This document shows positions 1 to 15,313 of a stretch of DNA of 64,000 nucleotides, in pieces; the stretch's first letter is position 1; every line of letters begins with the position of its first letter. The stretch comes from the human T2T-CHM13v2.0 reference genome, Homo sapiens. The DNA is taken from NCBI RefSeq assembly GCF_009914755.1, contig NC_060928.1. One strand, written 5' to 3'. The notes beneath the pieces are model-generated. The model made no database searches, was not told where the DNA came from, and worked only from the letters and a program-made list of their open reading frames with translations. The position numbers and the translations under genes were made by a program.

Positions 1-1430
1 CCCACAGAGCAGCTGATTCCAGAGAGAATTCACTGATGAATTTGTACGCTGACTTCCCCCATCTGATAGTATGCAACAAAGGAATAATACTTATGTAGAT
101 ATGTGTTTGAAGCACCATTTGCCATCAACATGAACATAAAGAACCTATTAGACTCTAAATACCTCATGTAAGCTAAATTACTCATCTGCACACTGTGGCA
201 AAGACTTGCCTTGGAATTAGGCACTCAACTTCTAAGTCTGGCTCTGCCTGTCATCAATCATGTGTCCTCGGATCAGTCACACCCTTGCAAAATCACAACT
301 TTGCAAACAAATGTTTGCAAGAAACAGATAAAATCATTGATGTGGGATACAACATAGAGAAGAGGCTCAATATATTAGAATTCTCTACAGTTTTTTTGTA
401 GATCAATAGTGCCAAATTTACAAACTGTGAGATGACACCAACTGTACCCTGAACTGTTATTTCAAATCCTTTATTCTTCAGTATGTTTTGGGAAAAGGGC
501 TTGTTGATATTTGGACATGTTTACAACATGGTTTTGTTTTATGGGCTGCCAGTACTAAATGTTGTCTGTATGCACGTTCATCTTGTTTTTATTTGAGCTT
601 TTGCATAAACTTCTCTTCTATGTGGATTTGACCTTTTCAAAGCCCCATTCTCCAAGTGTTTGAGACAAGATGAGGATATGTAGAGTGATGAAGCTGAACT
701 CACGCCTTTTAGACTGAGAGGGGAGTGAGCCCAGGCAATTGGGTTCCATGCCAGGAAAGCCTATTAAAATATCAAATGAGGAGTTCATGACAGGTTTAAC
801 TAGGTTCTTGTGGCATACCTCCAAATCTTAACTTAGTTAGGCTGGGTTTTGGCTGAAACAAACCAGCTGTCACAAGCTGTGCGAGACCATTAATTATGTA
901 CGTGAGCATTGATAAATTAATGCCTGATGGCTAAAAAAATTAGGGGTTCTTGTTTTGTTTAATGCACCCTCTTCCCACCTTTAATGGAGTTCCATGAGAA
1001 AATTACATTGTACAACAAGTTGATGGAGCTACAGTGAATAAAATGAACAGTAACAAATGCATGGCATAGATCTCACTGCTAAAGAATGAATGTTGGACTC
1101 ATGTTCCTAATAGGTTACTCTTACAGTGGAGCACCTATCCTGGCATTTTAGAAGGTTGTCCTGGGAGATCGTTCTTAATGGGTCAGGCGGGCTTATAATG
1201 AGGCCATTTTTTATATTTTACTAACCAAGAAACTTTGGACCTGTTCCAAAAATACAACAACTTATTCTGAATATCTGCACTATAATGATAATAGCCTATA
1301 TTTACCGAGCAGTTATGGAGTACCAGGCAATTGCAAAGCCTGGAGATTATCCTAGTAATTATAATATGATATTAATAACATGTAAGTAACGAGAGAATAC
1401 ACTGAGGCAGGACATCCTATGACCTAAAAC

Positions 1431-1540
1431 GAGAGGAGAGGAGAGGAGGGGAGGGGAGGGGAGGGGAGGGGAGGGGAGAGGAGAGGAGAGGAGAGAGGAG
1501 AGAAGGGAAGGGAAGGGAGGAGAGGGGAGGGGAGGGGAGG
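1431..1540. repeat. Polypurine pentamer repeat (GGAGA/GGAGG/GGGAA)n
   Basis: Directly visible pure-purine tract with G-runs. Confidence 0.95.
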
Positions 1541-1767
1541 CCTTTGTGTATTTCAGTCTTATGCTTGATATTGCAGGGGGTCAGCTGAGTTTGGGCCAAC
1601 ACTAGCTGGTACAGTTCCCCTTGAAATGTCAGAGTTCTCCAGACAAAGAAAAATCATTCCTGATATTTCATTTCTGACATATTACTAGGGATGACAGCCA
1701 GCCGACGTGAGTAGACAGTGAGATATGGTTACTAGAATTTGATTTCATGCTAATAATTTAGAATCCA

Positions 1768-2325
1768 TGGTAGACTGATTGTAATAATGGCTCCTTTTCT
1801 CATCCCTCAATGTAAATCATTCCCTTTGCCACATAATTTTGCAGTCCTACTCATTACAGAGAGATAAAGTCTATTTCGCCCAAAATTGAATATGGTTGGC
1901 ATTGTGACTTGCTAAGGCCAATAGAAGGCAGCAGAAGTGACCATACCCAGTTTTGAGCTTAAGCCTTAGGAAATCTTCTTGAACTTATGCAACTGCCATG
2001 AGAACATGCTTGAGCTAGCCCACTAGAGGAGGAGACACATGGAGCAGAACTGAGTTGCCTCACTTATCTCAGATGGGGCCAACCAAGATCAGCCAACAGC
2101 CATCCAACTCTGGAACTCAGAGTGAGCCCAGCCAAGATCAGTAGAGGCATCTAGCTGACCCGTAACTGTCTGTAGACACATAAGCAAACCCAGCCAAAAT
2201 CAGCTAAGCCCAGTTCAGATCAGCTGAACTCTGAAAACTCAAAAACCAGAAATTTGTTTACTGTTATTTGCCACAGAGAATCTCTGGTTGTCATACAGCA
2301 TTATTGTGGCCATTGATAAACTATA
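1768..2325 (+). mobile_element. MLT1-family MaLR solo LTR (older subfamily, G/H-like)
   Basis: Typical MLT1 motifs 'tgtgacttgctaaggccaatagaaggcagcagaagtgac' and 3' end 'cagcattattgtggccattgataa'; boundaries approximate. Confidence 0.75.
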
Positions 2326-3271
2326 TAGAGTCTTACAGAAGCTACTGTTTGACTCGAGATTTCTAAGAACAAATTCACTAATGAGAACACCATTTGTAAT
2401 TCACTTCACAGGGCTTGTGTTACTGAGTCAACAAAAGGAATCTTAAAGCTTATCTTGCCTGCCTGTCCAATCTTAAACAGAAGTTCTACCAGATTCAATT
2501 CTACTCAAAACACATATATGGAACTTGCAAAGCACAATTTTGTTACTGGGAAGGATGATTCTCAATGGCAGTATACACTGAAGAAACAGAGCAGAACCAT
2601 GCTGTGTAACTCCCTTTTTCCCTCTACACTGAGATTCAAGTGGGTGATATTTCCATCATCACCTCTGTAAAGCACCTCTGTTGCTAATGGGGGGAAGTTA
2701 TATCCTTCAACCGTGTTGGGTGAAAAAAATGAGACCCATCAACCTAAAGTCAGAGCTTACTTTCTATTGTCAACTATAGCTATCATTTGTGTGTTATTCA
2801 TCATAACAATGCCTGACAGGCAGTAAGGAAAAGAAGACAATGTTCACAAGTCCCCATGATTTGCAGGTTCTGTTCCCCAGCAGCCTCCCTCTCAGTCAAT
2901 GTTTTCACATAATGACAATTTACAGATGGGCACAAGGTCTTCCTGGAACCAAGAGATGATTATTCATTCCAAAAGAACTCTAAACAGGGTTCTCATTAAT
3001 GAATTTGTTCTTTACTCCACAACTTAAACATAACATCAAGTGGTTCATTTAGTAAATGTCATGCTTGAAGCCAAGCTTTGTGATGAGATTCGTAACCCAA
3101 GTGTGGGTTAGCAGATGAGTACGTTAGGATCCTCGTCCACACAAGAATATGAGTAGTTGGGAACCAGAAAACTTGGCTGAAAGACATTCCCTGATTCTAG
3201 CATGTATTGCTCAGATCCACAAAATTTATTTTACTTTTAGAAAGACCCTCAGTGGTATGCAGAATATTCTA

Positions 3272-3790
3272 TTTGATGGTTAATATTCTGTGTCATCTTG
3301 GCCAGGCTATAGTATCCAGTGGTTTAACCAAACACTAATCTAGATGTTTGCCTTGAAGGTACATGGTAGATGTGGTTAACATCTACAATCATTGACCTTA
3401 AGTAAAGATAATGTAGCTGAGTCTAATCCAATCAGTTGAAGGCTTTAAGAGCAAAAACTAAGGTTTTCCAGAAAAGAAATTCTGCCTCAAGACTGCAACA
3501 TCAATTCCTTCCTGTGTTTTCAGCTGCCAGCTTCATCTACAAATTTGGGATTTGCCAGCCCCCACAATCACATGAGCCAAGTCCTTAAAATAAATCTCTT
3601 TCTCTCTCTCCACATATACAATATATTAAAAGATATATATTACATGTATAATATACATATGTAATATATGTATATATGTATGTACATATTACATAATACA
3701 TACTCATGTAATATGTGTATGTTATATATATATATTTAATATGTACATATCTTACTGGTTCTGTTTCTCTGCAGAATCCTGGCTAATACA
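3272..3790 (+). mobile_element. MLT2 (ERVL) solo LTR with internal (TA)-rich expansion
   Basis: Starts 'tgatggttaatatt', has 'ccaatcagttgaaggc', ends 'gttctgtttctctgcagaatcctggctaataca'. Confidence 0.85.
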
Positions 3791-3979
3791 CTACATCAAT
3801 TTAAACTTCCATCGCTCTCTCAAAATTAACTTCTGCAACCCTGAAGGAACTACTTGCACCTATTTTACACTCAGTATCTGAACTTGCTTTTGTTACGTTT
3901 GTTTCTAACCATTTTTATGGTCTTAGGATTTGGACGTGAAGTTGCTTTGTGTATTATTTGCGACTTTTGAGGGGGACAC

Positions 3980-4378
3980 TGTTAGCATTCTGCTCAAGTC
4001 CACCTTGGATCCCTTTTAACTTTACTGTGAGTCTTTCCCCAGAATGTTGTGTGTTTTTGCTTCTGCAGCTCTCTTTGTTGGGTCTTCTCTTATGTTACTG
4101 AAGCCTTCTTCCCCATGAGCACAGAAAGCCTACGTGTTAATATCTTAGTCAATGACTGACTGGTGTGGGAATATGGAAGCCCAGTATCCTCGGCTTAAGT
4201 TGGGGTAAACACTGAAATGTAGTTTACACTCCAGAGGTCCCTGTGGGATCAGATTGAGTCTGGGACTCTGGCTTGGCTTCTGCCAATTTCCTGTCCTGCT
4301 TCCTGCCTCTCTTACTACTATCTCCTAGGAATGCTTCCTTATCTCAGGCCTTGCTTCTGGCAAGCTCAGTCTAAGACA
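3980..4378 (+). mobile_element. LTR16-family (ERVL) solo LTR
   Basis: TG start, LTR16-like 3' end 'tctcaggccttgcttctgg...ctaagaca'. Confidence 0.6.
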
Positions 4379-4589
4379 CTCTGTTATATTCTCCTTTCTC
4401 TGGAATCCAGATTCTTATTCTAGCTATGCTAGCTTGGAAGAGCCTGGAGAGATAACCTGCCTGTAATTCCGCAGACCATCCCATCAAGAATGAAATTTTT
4501 AGTTAGTTCTGTCTCCCTGAGTAAGATCCAGACAGATCTGAGAAAATACTAAATACAGAAATGCAAAAGCAAAGGTAGAATTATAGAAT

Positions 4590-4810
4590 GACACAGTCAT
4601 AGCAGCTCAGAGTTGGAAGAAACCTAAAAGTATTTCATCCAAAATCCTACCTACTCATGAATTCCTTCTTTAACATCTCTGGAAAGTGGTCGTTGCATTC
4701 TTTTTGAATAGTCTCTACTTTTCAAAGCATCATGTCCCATTGTTGAAGTGTTATGTCAGAAAGTTTAATCTTACACTGAGTCAATTTATTCTCCTATAAA
4801 CTTCACCCAT
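4590..4810. mobile_element. Ancient L3/CR1 or MIR3-like fragment
   Basis: 'agagttggaagaaacctaaaag...tccaa' resembles the CR1/MIR3 consensus; highly diverged. Confidence 0.45.
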
Positions 4811-5815
4811 TTGAAAAAAGAAGTCTTTGCTGTTTATAAGAATTGCATTGAAAAAGAGTGATCCCAAGGGCTCATGCACACCACAGTGCAATTCCTTAAT
4901 GAAAAATTTTAGAAGTTTCCTTTTACACCTGAGTTTAATCCAATATCCCTCCAATAGTTGCCTTGTTTTCCACAGGAGTGAAAGAGCCTCAAGACACATA
5001 TGTAGGGAAGATAAGACATTTCATTGTTCAGCACAGGAGAGACCCATGGCTACAAGTTAGCAAACTTCAGAAAGACTTCTCATAAGACTGCTGATAATAT
5101 ATTTGAAAAGGTCCCAGTCCTTATCCAATAAACACTTAGGATCTATAAAAGGGTTTACAATATGTGTTCAGCTGAGTGAGACTCTCAAAATCAATAAAGA
5201 GCCCCAGTGCTTATCTGGAGGAGGTAAGCATCAATGATCTCTTTGTTAGTTAAAAATGTTTACTTCTAGAAAAGATGATGTAAAAGCCAACTGATTATGT
5301 AGGGGCTGATTTCAGTGTGAATATACATAGTAGGTCTAATTCCATGTTCATTTAGCTGCCATTTAAACATTTGAGTCCTGGCCTAAGGCTCTCTTTGACC
5401 ATCTTCAAGTGCTCCGGTCAGTTTTCAAAAGATACAGCGAAGCTCACTGCTCTCAACCCTTACCTCTCAGCGCCGTGCCCTCTTCTCTTCCCAGGGATTC
5501 CCCCTCTATATTCCTTTCTGGGCTCTGGGTCCTCCTGATCTTTGCATTTTGTTCACCATCAAACTTTGTTTCTTTTTGAGAGCTGAAACTGGAGTGGAAA
5601 TGACTATTAATTTAATATCCTTACTCTGGCCTAGAGGCCAACATGATTTCCTCCCATCAACATTCTGCTCTGAGCTCCTATCACCCCCATTAGCCTCTCC
5701 AGCCCCACTGGTCTCTGCTGTTTCTCAAACACTCCTGGGACTCATGCTTCAGGGCTTTAGCATTTGCTTTCTCTCTGTCTGGAAGGACCTTCCCCACATG
5801 GATTCTGATGGCACC

Positions 5816-6175
5816 GGGGTTAATCCATTCTCACAGTGCTATAAAGACATGCCTGAGACTGGGTCATTTATAAAGAAAAGAAGTTTAATTGACTCACTGC
5901 TCTGCATGGCTGGGGAGGCCTCAGGAAACATAATCATGCCAGAAGGTGAAGGAGAAGCAAGTACCTTCTTCACAAGGTGGCAGGAGAGAGAGAGTGAAGG
6001 AAGCCACACACTTTTAAACCTTTAGATCTTATGAGAACTCACTCACTATCACAAGAACAGCACAGGGGAAACCGTCCCCATGATCCAATCACCTCCCACC
6101 AGTTCCTTCCCTCGACACATGGAGATTACAATTTGAGATGAGATTTGGATGGGGACACAGAGCCAAACCATACCA
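5816..6175 (-). mobile_element. THE1 (C/D-like) MaLR solo LTR inserted into an L2 fragment
   Basis: Ends 'gagatttggatggggacacagagccaaaccatacca'; 5-bp TSD gcacc/gaacc; L2-like sequence on both sides (~5650-5810, ~6180-6430). Confidence 0.9.
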
Positions 6176-6499
6176 GAACCCTAACCTCCTTGAGGCTTTT
6201 GCTCCACCTTCTTACTAGAGCGACCTTGTCTGACCACCCTGTATATTTCCTTTCTATTTCCATTCATGGCATTTATTACCTCTTGGTGTTTATAAGCTTC
6301 TTCATGTACTGTCTTTCTACCCCTATTAGAATATCATCACTAGAGGGCAGGGAATGTGTCCATTTTGTTTTCTGCTGCCACCTGACACTCAGAACTACGT
6401 TTAGCATCCAGTGTAACTACTCTATGTCTATATAACCAAAAGTCAAATTTTCATATTACCAAGGTTCATGTCTTAGCATATTTCTTTATTTGCAATACT

Positions 6500-8460
6500 T
6501 TTTGCAAAAGTTAGAAGAGTATCTCTGCATCTCTGCTCCCAACTACCTAGATTTTCTTCCTAAAGGCAACCAATATAATAATTTCTTTATGTATCATGCA
6601 CGGGAAACTTTTTGCATATACAGGAAAATATACATGAAGGTATTCTTTTTTATATTTTACTCAAATGAAACCATACTATGCATACTATTTTGCTAACTAA
6701 GTAATATAACATGGAATCATTTCATACCAGTATAAATGAAAATACTTTATTTAAAAAGACGTATCCACACAGTCTTCCACTGAAAGGATGTACCATAACA
6801 TATTTATCTAATCCCCTAATGATGGACACTTTGTTTATTTCTATTGTATGATTTCTTTGTACACTCATTACTTTGATCATTTTCAAGTGTTACATTGGAC
6901 CATACACAAATGTAGATATTTAACCATTTTGCATTAAGAGGATAAATTTCTAGAAGTAGAATTGCAGATTAAAGGAGACAGACATTTGTGAAGTCAATCA
7001 ATATTGTCAAATTGCCCTCCAAGGAAGATGTACAGGTGACTTTCCCATTACAAGAGAGTTTCTATTTCCCCACACCATGCTGGCACACAATGTTATTAAA
7101 TGTTCTTAACTTTACCAATTTGATAGGCAAAAAGTGATACCTCATTGTACTTCTAGTATGCATTTATTTTATTATTAGGCTGAGCATCTTTCTGTATGTG
7201 TAAAACCCATTTGTATTTCCTATTTTATAAACTGTTTTGCCTATTTTTCTATTAGGTGTTTTTATCTTTTTTTATGTTGATTTGTAGATTCTCTCTATTA
7301 GATAGATGATTTCTATATTTGCAGTCTGAGTTGCAAATATTTGCTCCTACTTTGTGTTTTGTCTTTGAATTTATGCTTATTTTTTTCTTTGCGGAATTCT
7401 ATTTTTACATTTATGTGGTTAAATTTATGTTTCATGTTGGTTTTGTGTTCTAGGAAATGACTTCCTTTCTCCAAGATTAATATTAAAAAATTCTTCTATA
7501 TTTTCTTCTAGTATTTTATGGTTTCCATTTATATTGAATCTTTTAAAAATACGGAGCTTATTTTCAAGTGTGGGTGAGGTCAGGAGCCAGCAAGATATGT
7601 ATTTTTTTCAGATGGCTACCCCATTTTCCCAACTCCATTTTTTGAAGTTGGCTTTATCCCTTTTTCATATATTAAGTTCTCATATGTATTTGCATTTATA
7701 TTCTGCACTTTCTGGTATATTTCACTGACCCATCTGTGCATGCATATAGCAATACTACACTGCTTTAATTAGTGTAGATGTATAACATGTTTTAATAAAT
7801 GGAAAACCTAGATTCCCTTAATCGTTCTTCTTTTCTAGCATTTTTCAACTCTCTCTGCTTGCCTTATTTCCATATTAATTTTACACTCAACTTACCTAGA
7901 TCCCCCCAAAAAATTCTGTTGAAATTGAATTTAATGAGTCTATTGTTTCTTCATTAGGCATAATGTTGATTTTCAGGTTAAGGTACATTTAAAATACATA
8001 TTCATATAGTTGTATGTCATATAAATAAGCATTTCTCTTTTTATTAATTAAAGTTTTATTAAGGTGAACTATTGAATTTTATCCAATATCTTTTCAGTAG
8101 CTTTAGAAATAATTATATAATTTTTTCTTTTGATCAGTTTCTCTGATGAATTACATGGATGGATTCCCTAACATTTCAATACCCTGGGATTAAGACCCCC
8201 TTGATTATAGTATTACTTATTTAATGCATTCTGGATTCGGTTTGTTATCAATACAGGTAAATTAGTTTGTTCTGCAATTTACTTTTTTTTTCTCTTTATA
8301 TATGGTTTAGGTTCAATATTATGCTAAGTTCAAAAAGGAGAATTTCAAAAACTGCTTTATACTTCCATGTTCTGGAACTGTTTAAGTCACATTGGATTAG
8401 CCTCGTCCTTAAAGGTTTGGTGGAATTATTCTGTGAAACCATCTGGGGTGGTTGCTCTGG
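6500..8460 (-). mobile_element. Old L1M (L1ME/MC-like) 3' region, fragmented
   Basis: Antisense L1 3'UTR/ORF2 motifs e.g. 'ggataaatttctagaagtagaattgc', 'caaattgccctccaa', 'tgagcatctttc'. Confidence 0.75.
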
Positions 8461-8734
8461 GGGATGTAATACTTTGACTATACTCCCAGGTTTAGTGGAT
8501 GCTAGTGAACTTAAGCTTCAGGGCCCCTTGCATGGGACCCTAATAAGTCCCTGAAAGGGCCCTAGCAATTTGTCCACATGATCATATGCTTTTGTGAAAT
8601 CTGTAAAGTGAGATGTTTTAGTCACAATTGGCTTAGGCCACTATCTCCATGCTAATTTCTAAGTTAGCCTTCTGTTTCTGTCAGGTGGTGCTGGAGGGAC
8701 TGCAGACATTTTTGGGGGTCTGGCTAAAGGGAAC

Positions 8735-9111
8735 GTGGTAGACTTGCAACTAGGCCGCTCAAATCCCCCTTTAAGAAAGGACTTGCATCTCACCTGCAGA
8801 AAGTGTGCTCGGCAGTCTGCAGCTGCCGGCTCCTTTGGGGATAGCCTCCCTGCTGACCATGTTACCCTTGTCAGGGCAGCCCTCTTACCTGGTGATTGAG
8901 TGAGAAGAACATGAATGCCCAGGTGTTTCAGCCCAATGGAGAACACTCTGACAAATGCTACCCTCTGGAGGGCTCTCTACAGCACTGTTGATGTCTTCCT
9001 TTGTGCGATCCTGTGTCCTCTCCTTCCCAACACAGCTGTTGATTCCTAAGGAACACCTTGTACCCCAAATAGCCTCCCAGCATCTGCTTCTAGAGAATCC
9101 AGCCTGCAATA
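8735..9111 (+). mobile_element. LTR16A-like solo LTR nested in Zaphod
   Basis: Ends 'catctgcttctagagaatccagcctgcaata'; TSD-like ggaac/ggaaa; Zaphod sequence resumes immediately afterwards. Confidence 0.65.
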
Positions 9112-10339
9112 GGAAAGTTGAGTTCGACGTACATTTAGTTTGATTTTAACAGGATACAACACACACGCACACACACTATGGTTTTCAATCAACCACAGTC
9201 AACCAGCTTCTGTGTTTTGTTATTTATTGTTGCCAGATTTGGTGTGTAGTCTTGGCTTCCAGAGTACTCCTACTCCCCAGGGTATTTCCTCACCTGGCAT
9301 TATCACATGAGTGGTGCCCGGCTCTGCAAGTATCCAGGGTGAAGAAGAAACCAAGTTTGAAGTATAGGGAATCAGAACGTAGTCTGTAAAAAAAAAAAAA
9401 AAAATTCCAATTGCCATACGTGTAAATGTGTAAGCAAAGAACTTGTTTTCAGTCAATACCAGTCAAAATGGAAGATTACTCCTGAAAGAAAAATCCTCAA
9501 TAATGTAGCATATTCACTTTAAAAAGCATCACACTTTAAAAAAATCAAGCTGCACAAAATAGAACTTGAAATTCTCCTATGTACGGCACAAATCTGCAGC
9601 AATACTCAAAACAGCAAATACATCTGTATGTGAAGTAGAATGTTGTTTGTCTGCTTTTGTGTCCCTATCTATTGAATTGCACCTTAGCAAAGTTGAGAGA
9701 TTCCAGACAAATGGCATGCCAAATTACTACCCAAAACTGAAAGAGCCTGAATAAACAAGTATTCCAGTGACAAAATCACACATATTTATCAATATGTCAA
9801 TGCATGCTACTTATGAGTAATTTGGTCACACAGTTATGTAGTTCAATGCAACATAGAAGAAATTTTAAAATGTTTTAAATTGCTCTAGGTAATGAGCGAT
9901 ATAAATTCAAACAGTAATTAAGATTAGTCATTGCATAAGAAAATTTAAAATACCTGAAAATACGTATCTCATATAGGAAAAAATACCATGGTTTTCCCAA
10001 ACTTGCCAATAATCCTAAAATACTTTTATATTATCAGTAATGAGTTGTGAAGCTAAAAAAAAAACTGTAAGAGGCAATAATTAAAAATTTTTAATTAATA
10101 TCACTAGAGGAAGACCAAATTGCCTTTCTCATCTTTCTATAGAAAATGATGCTCAAAAGGCATTATTATATGAAGAGATAACAAAGTATGCTGCCAAAAA
10201 CTTGCAAAAGTATAGTATGGATGTATTGTTTAATAAAAATACTATGTTATTTACCTGAGCTTTGCAATATTTGCATTTGGGTTTACCATTTTGTTTGTAA
10301 TTTATCCTTTTTTATATCTTCTTTCCAAACAAACATTAA

Positions 10340-10649
<310 letters not shown>

Positions 10650-11065
10650 TCACTTTGCTATTTTTATTTCAATATTTTTATACTTATTTATGAAGAGAAT
10701 AACAAAATTTTTTAAGTATTGAGACCCTAAAAACTGGAATCCAGTTCTGCTCTCAATGTTTATGGGTCTGTGTGTGTGAATGCAAACATGAGCAACTTAG
10801 GGAATTTTATCTTTTCGGATGTTTTATTTCTTATAGGGTCAGTTTTAGTAATCTATGTATTCCTAGATAATCATTCATTATCATTACTCATTTTATTCTG
10901 CTTTCCAATCTATTTGCAAAAAGCAAAGTAGTCTCATATTTTCAATTTCCTTTGTCAGTAGTGGTCTGGCTCTTATGATGTAATCTGTATGTTCTCTCTG
11001 TTTTTCCTGAGTTGATTATCCAACAGAGTTTATCTATTTATTGTTCCTCCCTTAAAAACAGTTTA

Positions 11066-11389
<324 letters not shown>

Positions 11390-11470
11390 TTAGTTCAACA
11401 ATTGTTTACATGCATTACTTTCTGCTCTTATTTTTACTTAACCATTTTTTTCCTGGTGTGTCTTTCCTAA

Positions 11471-11848
<378 letters not shown>

Positions 11849-13305
11849 AAATCCAGATGTATTTTTAAAATGTAGTAGTTAAGCCATTTATAGTTATTGA
11901 CACGTCAGATACATTTAATATTGGCATCATGTTTTGCTTTCTGTTCGTATATATTTTCTTGACTTTAAAAAAAATTTTCACTATACAGAGTGTGTTGTGT
12001 TTCTTCTCATCATTTGGAAGATTTATGTATATCTTCTGGATAAGTTCTTTATAATTATAATAACATAATTCACTTAATGATGTCTTTCTTTAGACAGTAT
12101 CAATTGAATTTCTATAACAGTGATAAAATTGATACATGTCCACATCTTCCCTTGCCCTACTCACCAATTTTAGTTGAATGACTTTCCATAAATTATCATG
12201 TTTAAATGATATCTTTTTACTCCTGGTTATAAAGGATAAGAACATAAGAACACACTTATACTGCCTTCATTTTTTTCTCATCCTTCTCTCTCAACTATTA
12301 TAATTTATATAGTTTCTACATTGGTCATATATGTAGCATTTGTGTTATGTTTTGTAGCTAAAATACTCTTATTCATTCAGTCTTTATTCTACTTCTCAGT
12401 ATAATCCTAACAGGGTGTTTTTTTTTTTTTCTTTTTTTTTGCTACGGATTCTCCAGTCATCTCTTTGTTAACTAAACATTATATTTCAGTGGTTTCTTCA
12501 AGAAAAATTCATAAGATCTACACATTCAAAAATGTTTTTCTGATTTTTTTTTTTTTGGTGTCTGAGCAAGGTGTAAAATTAATGGGTCTTACTTTATTTT
12601 CTTGAAGACATTGTCACTTTTGTGTTTTTATATTGGGGTTTCTGATGTTATTTAGAAGAAATATAGTTGGGTCAATGGAATTCCTAGAGCCCCAGAAATT
12701 AAAGCCACTAAATTGGTCACTCACTCTCTAGATTGGGTGAAACCTGAAGCTTTTTGGGTTCTTTCTCTCTGATATTTTGTAATCTGGGTTTAAGCCAAAT
12801 ATGCCCCTTTCCGATGATACCAATTGATTTGGGGTGATATAATTGCTTATTCATTAGCAGCTTGTTGCCTTTAAAAAAATTGTTCATTTTTAACTCTGTA
12901 TTTCCTAATCAAAAGCCTGTGTGGATTTGGGGTCCACAAGAAGCTAGTGCTCACCCTTTCTGACAATGAGGATGATGCAACTTTGTCACACTCCTCTTTC
13001 TTCTGTGGCTGACAAGAAGCTTGCAGCAAATCTGATCCCTATTCACAGGCACTTTCCTAACTCCAGTGATTTGTGTGTTTGCCTCTTCATCCCCTCGTGG
13101 TGCTGACTTTTTGCTTGGCAGCCTTGCTCATATGCAGGGTCTTTTGGTTGCTATTCCCTTTCCAGGAGAGCATCCTTTCCACTCTCTTCCCATTGCTAAC
13201 TCCTAGACACCCTTCAAGGCTCAGCTCACACATCAGCTCTTTCGGCAAGCCTTCGTGGGTGCTTCCACAACCTTCTATTATTGCACTCATCCCAGTGCAT
13301 TATAA

Positions 13306-13705
<400 letters not shown>

Positions 13706-14404
13706 GACATAAGTGTTTTTTATCTCTGATTTCCCAACATCGAACAGTGGATTTATGTTTATTCAATGAATAACTAAATGAAGGAATGATGCTTGTTCTT
13801 CTATTTTTTAAGCTGTAAACCACATAAAATATATTTTATCAAGGGCCCTCCTGCTATCTTTCAAGGCCTTTGCTTTCTGTATTTAGTTGTATCATTCATC
13901 ACTTCCTTACATAGACCATCTGACCCAACCAACCGTAAGTCTTTACTCATGCAGCTTGCATTTCCTCCCTCACCCCATCCCCAGCTGGCTCCGCAAAACC
14001 AGACATCCCACATTTAATCTGGTGACATTGCCTTTCCCCTGACTCCACTTACCTTGCAGCCAAAAGATAATTGGATGCTTAGTTAAGATAGATCCCTGGC
14101 AGGAGGCTGGCATTGTTTTCTCCTGATGTGTCTGTATTTCGACACCTGGGTTACTCTTCGGGCTTCTCCAACTGACTCTCTGGTTTTAATTTGCCTCAAC
14201 ATACCATTTGGTTTCTTCAAGTAGCTGAACTGCTCCCTTCTTTTTGTCCCTGGAAGAGGGGAGCTCATTTAATAATTTCATAATGGAATGCATTTCTCTT
14301 ATAAAACTGATTAATGTCTCAACTACATCTAGGAAATGAAAAAACAGATATCCCTGGAAGTTTAGTCAATTACTGATCGGCCAAATTCCTAGGTTCCATT
14401 ATCG

Positions 14405-14620
14405 GATAGAAAAAACGAACACTGAATTTGGAGAAAAATGATCTGGAGTTGATCCTAGCTTTATCACTTGCCCATTACGTTTCTTCGGGAATGTACACCT
14501 CCTGAGATTTGATTGCCTCCTTGGAACTAATGATTCTTCTGTGCTTCATAAGATTATCACGGGTATGAAGTGATTTTACGAAGTCGAGAGTCATTTTAAA
14601 ACTTTGATGGATTACACAAG
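14405..14620 (+). mobile_element. MIR fragment
   Basis: 'gatctggagttgatcctagctttatcacttg...ctcctgagatttga' MIR-core-like. Confidence 0.55.
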
Positions 14621-15006
14621 CAATAGTTGTTACTATATAAGAAATTTCCACTCAAATCTGTAACTCCTACCTGACTTTTTCTTTTCAACAATGGTTATAC
14701 ATTTTTTAAACATGCAATATAGTTATTATCCTTCTAGCAACAAAATCAGTGAGGGCCAGCATGTGAAGTTCTAATAAATCCTGAACTCAGTGTGTTCTAA
14801 TATGCACTGAATTAGTTTTTGACACACCCTCTCCCAATACCGTGTGATGTAAGGGTTGTGATCAGTCTTATAAATTTTCATATCATACGCCTAAGTGGTG
14901 ACAGAAATTCTAAGCCTACCAATTCATTTGTTCAAAAATTCATTTGTTTCTCCAAATATGAATTTAGAAGTGTGCTTCCTAACTGGCCTTTAAGAAGCTG
15001 TGTATC

Positions 15007-15313
15007 GGCTGGGTGCAGTGGCTCACGCCTGTAATCCCAGCACTTTGGGAGGTTGAGGCGGGTGGATCACGAGGTCAGGAGATCGAGACCATCCTGGCCA
15101 ACACGGTGAAACCCTGTCTCTACTACAAAAATACAAAAAATTAGCTGGGCGAGGTGGCGAGCACCTGTAGTCTCAGCTACTCAGGAGGCTGCACCAGGAG
15201 AATGGCGTGAACCTGGCAGGCGGAGCTTGCAGTGAGCTGAGATCGCACCACTGCACTCCAGCCTGGGCGACAGAGCAACACTCCGTCTCAAAAAAAAAAA
15301 AAAAAAAAAAAAA
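15007..15313 (+). mobile_element. AluY-like
   Basis: Diagnostic 'ggagaatggcgtgaacc...gcggagcttgcagtgagc'; TSD aaga(a)gctgtgtatc. Confidence 0.97.

Noticed and set aside
301-320. 9-bp inverted repeat ttgcaaaca-aa-tgtttgcaa
   Set aside because: Chance-level length
14354-14392. Decayed palindrome with transition-only mismatches
   Set aside because: Only 11/18 complementary; cannot be distinguished from chance or an unrecognisable MITE remnant
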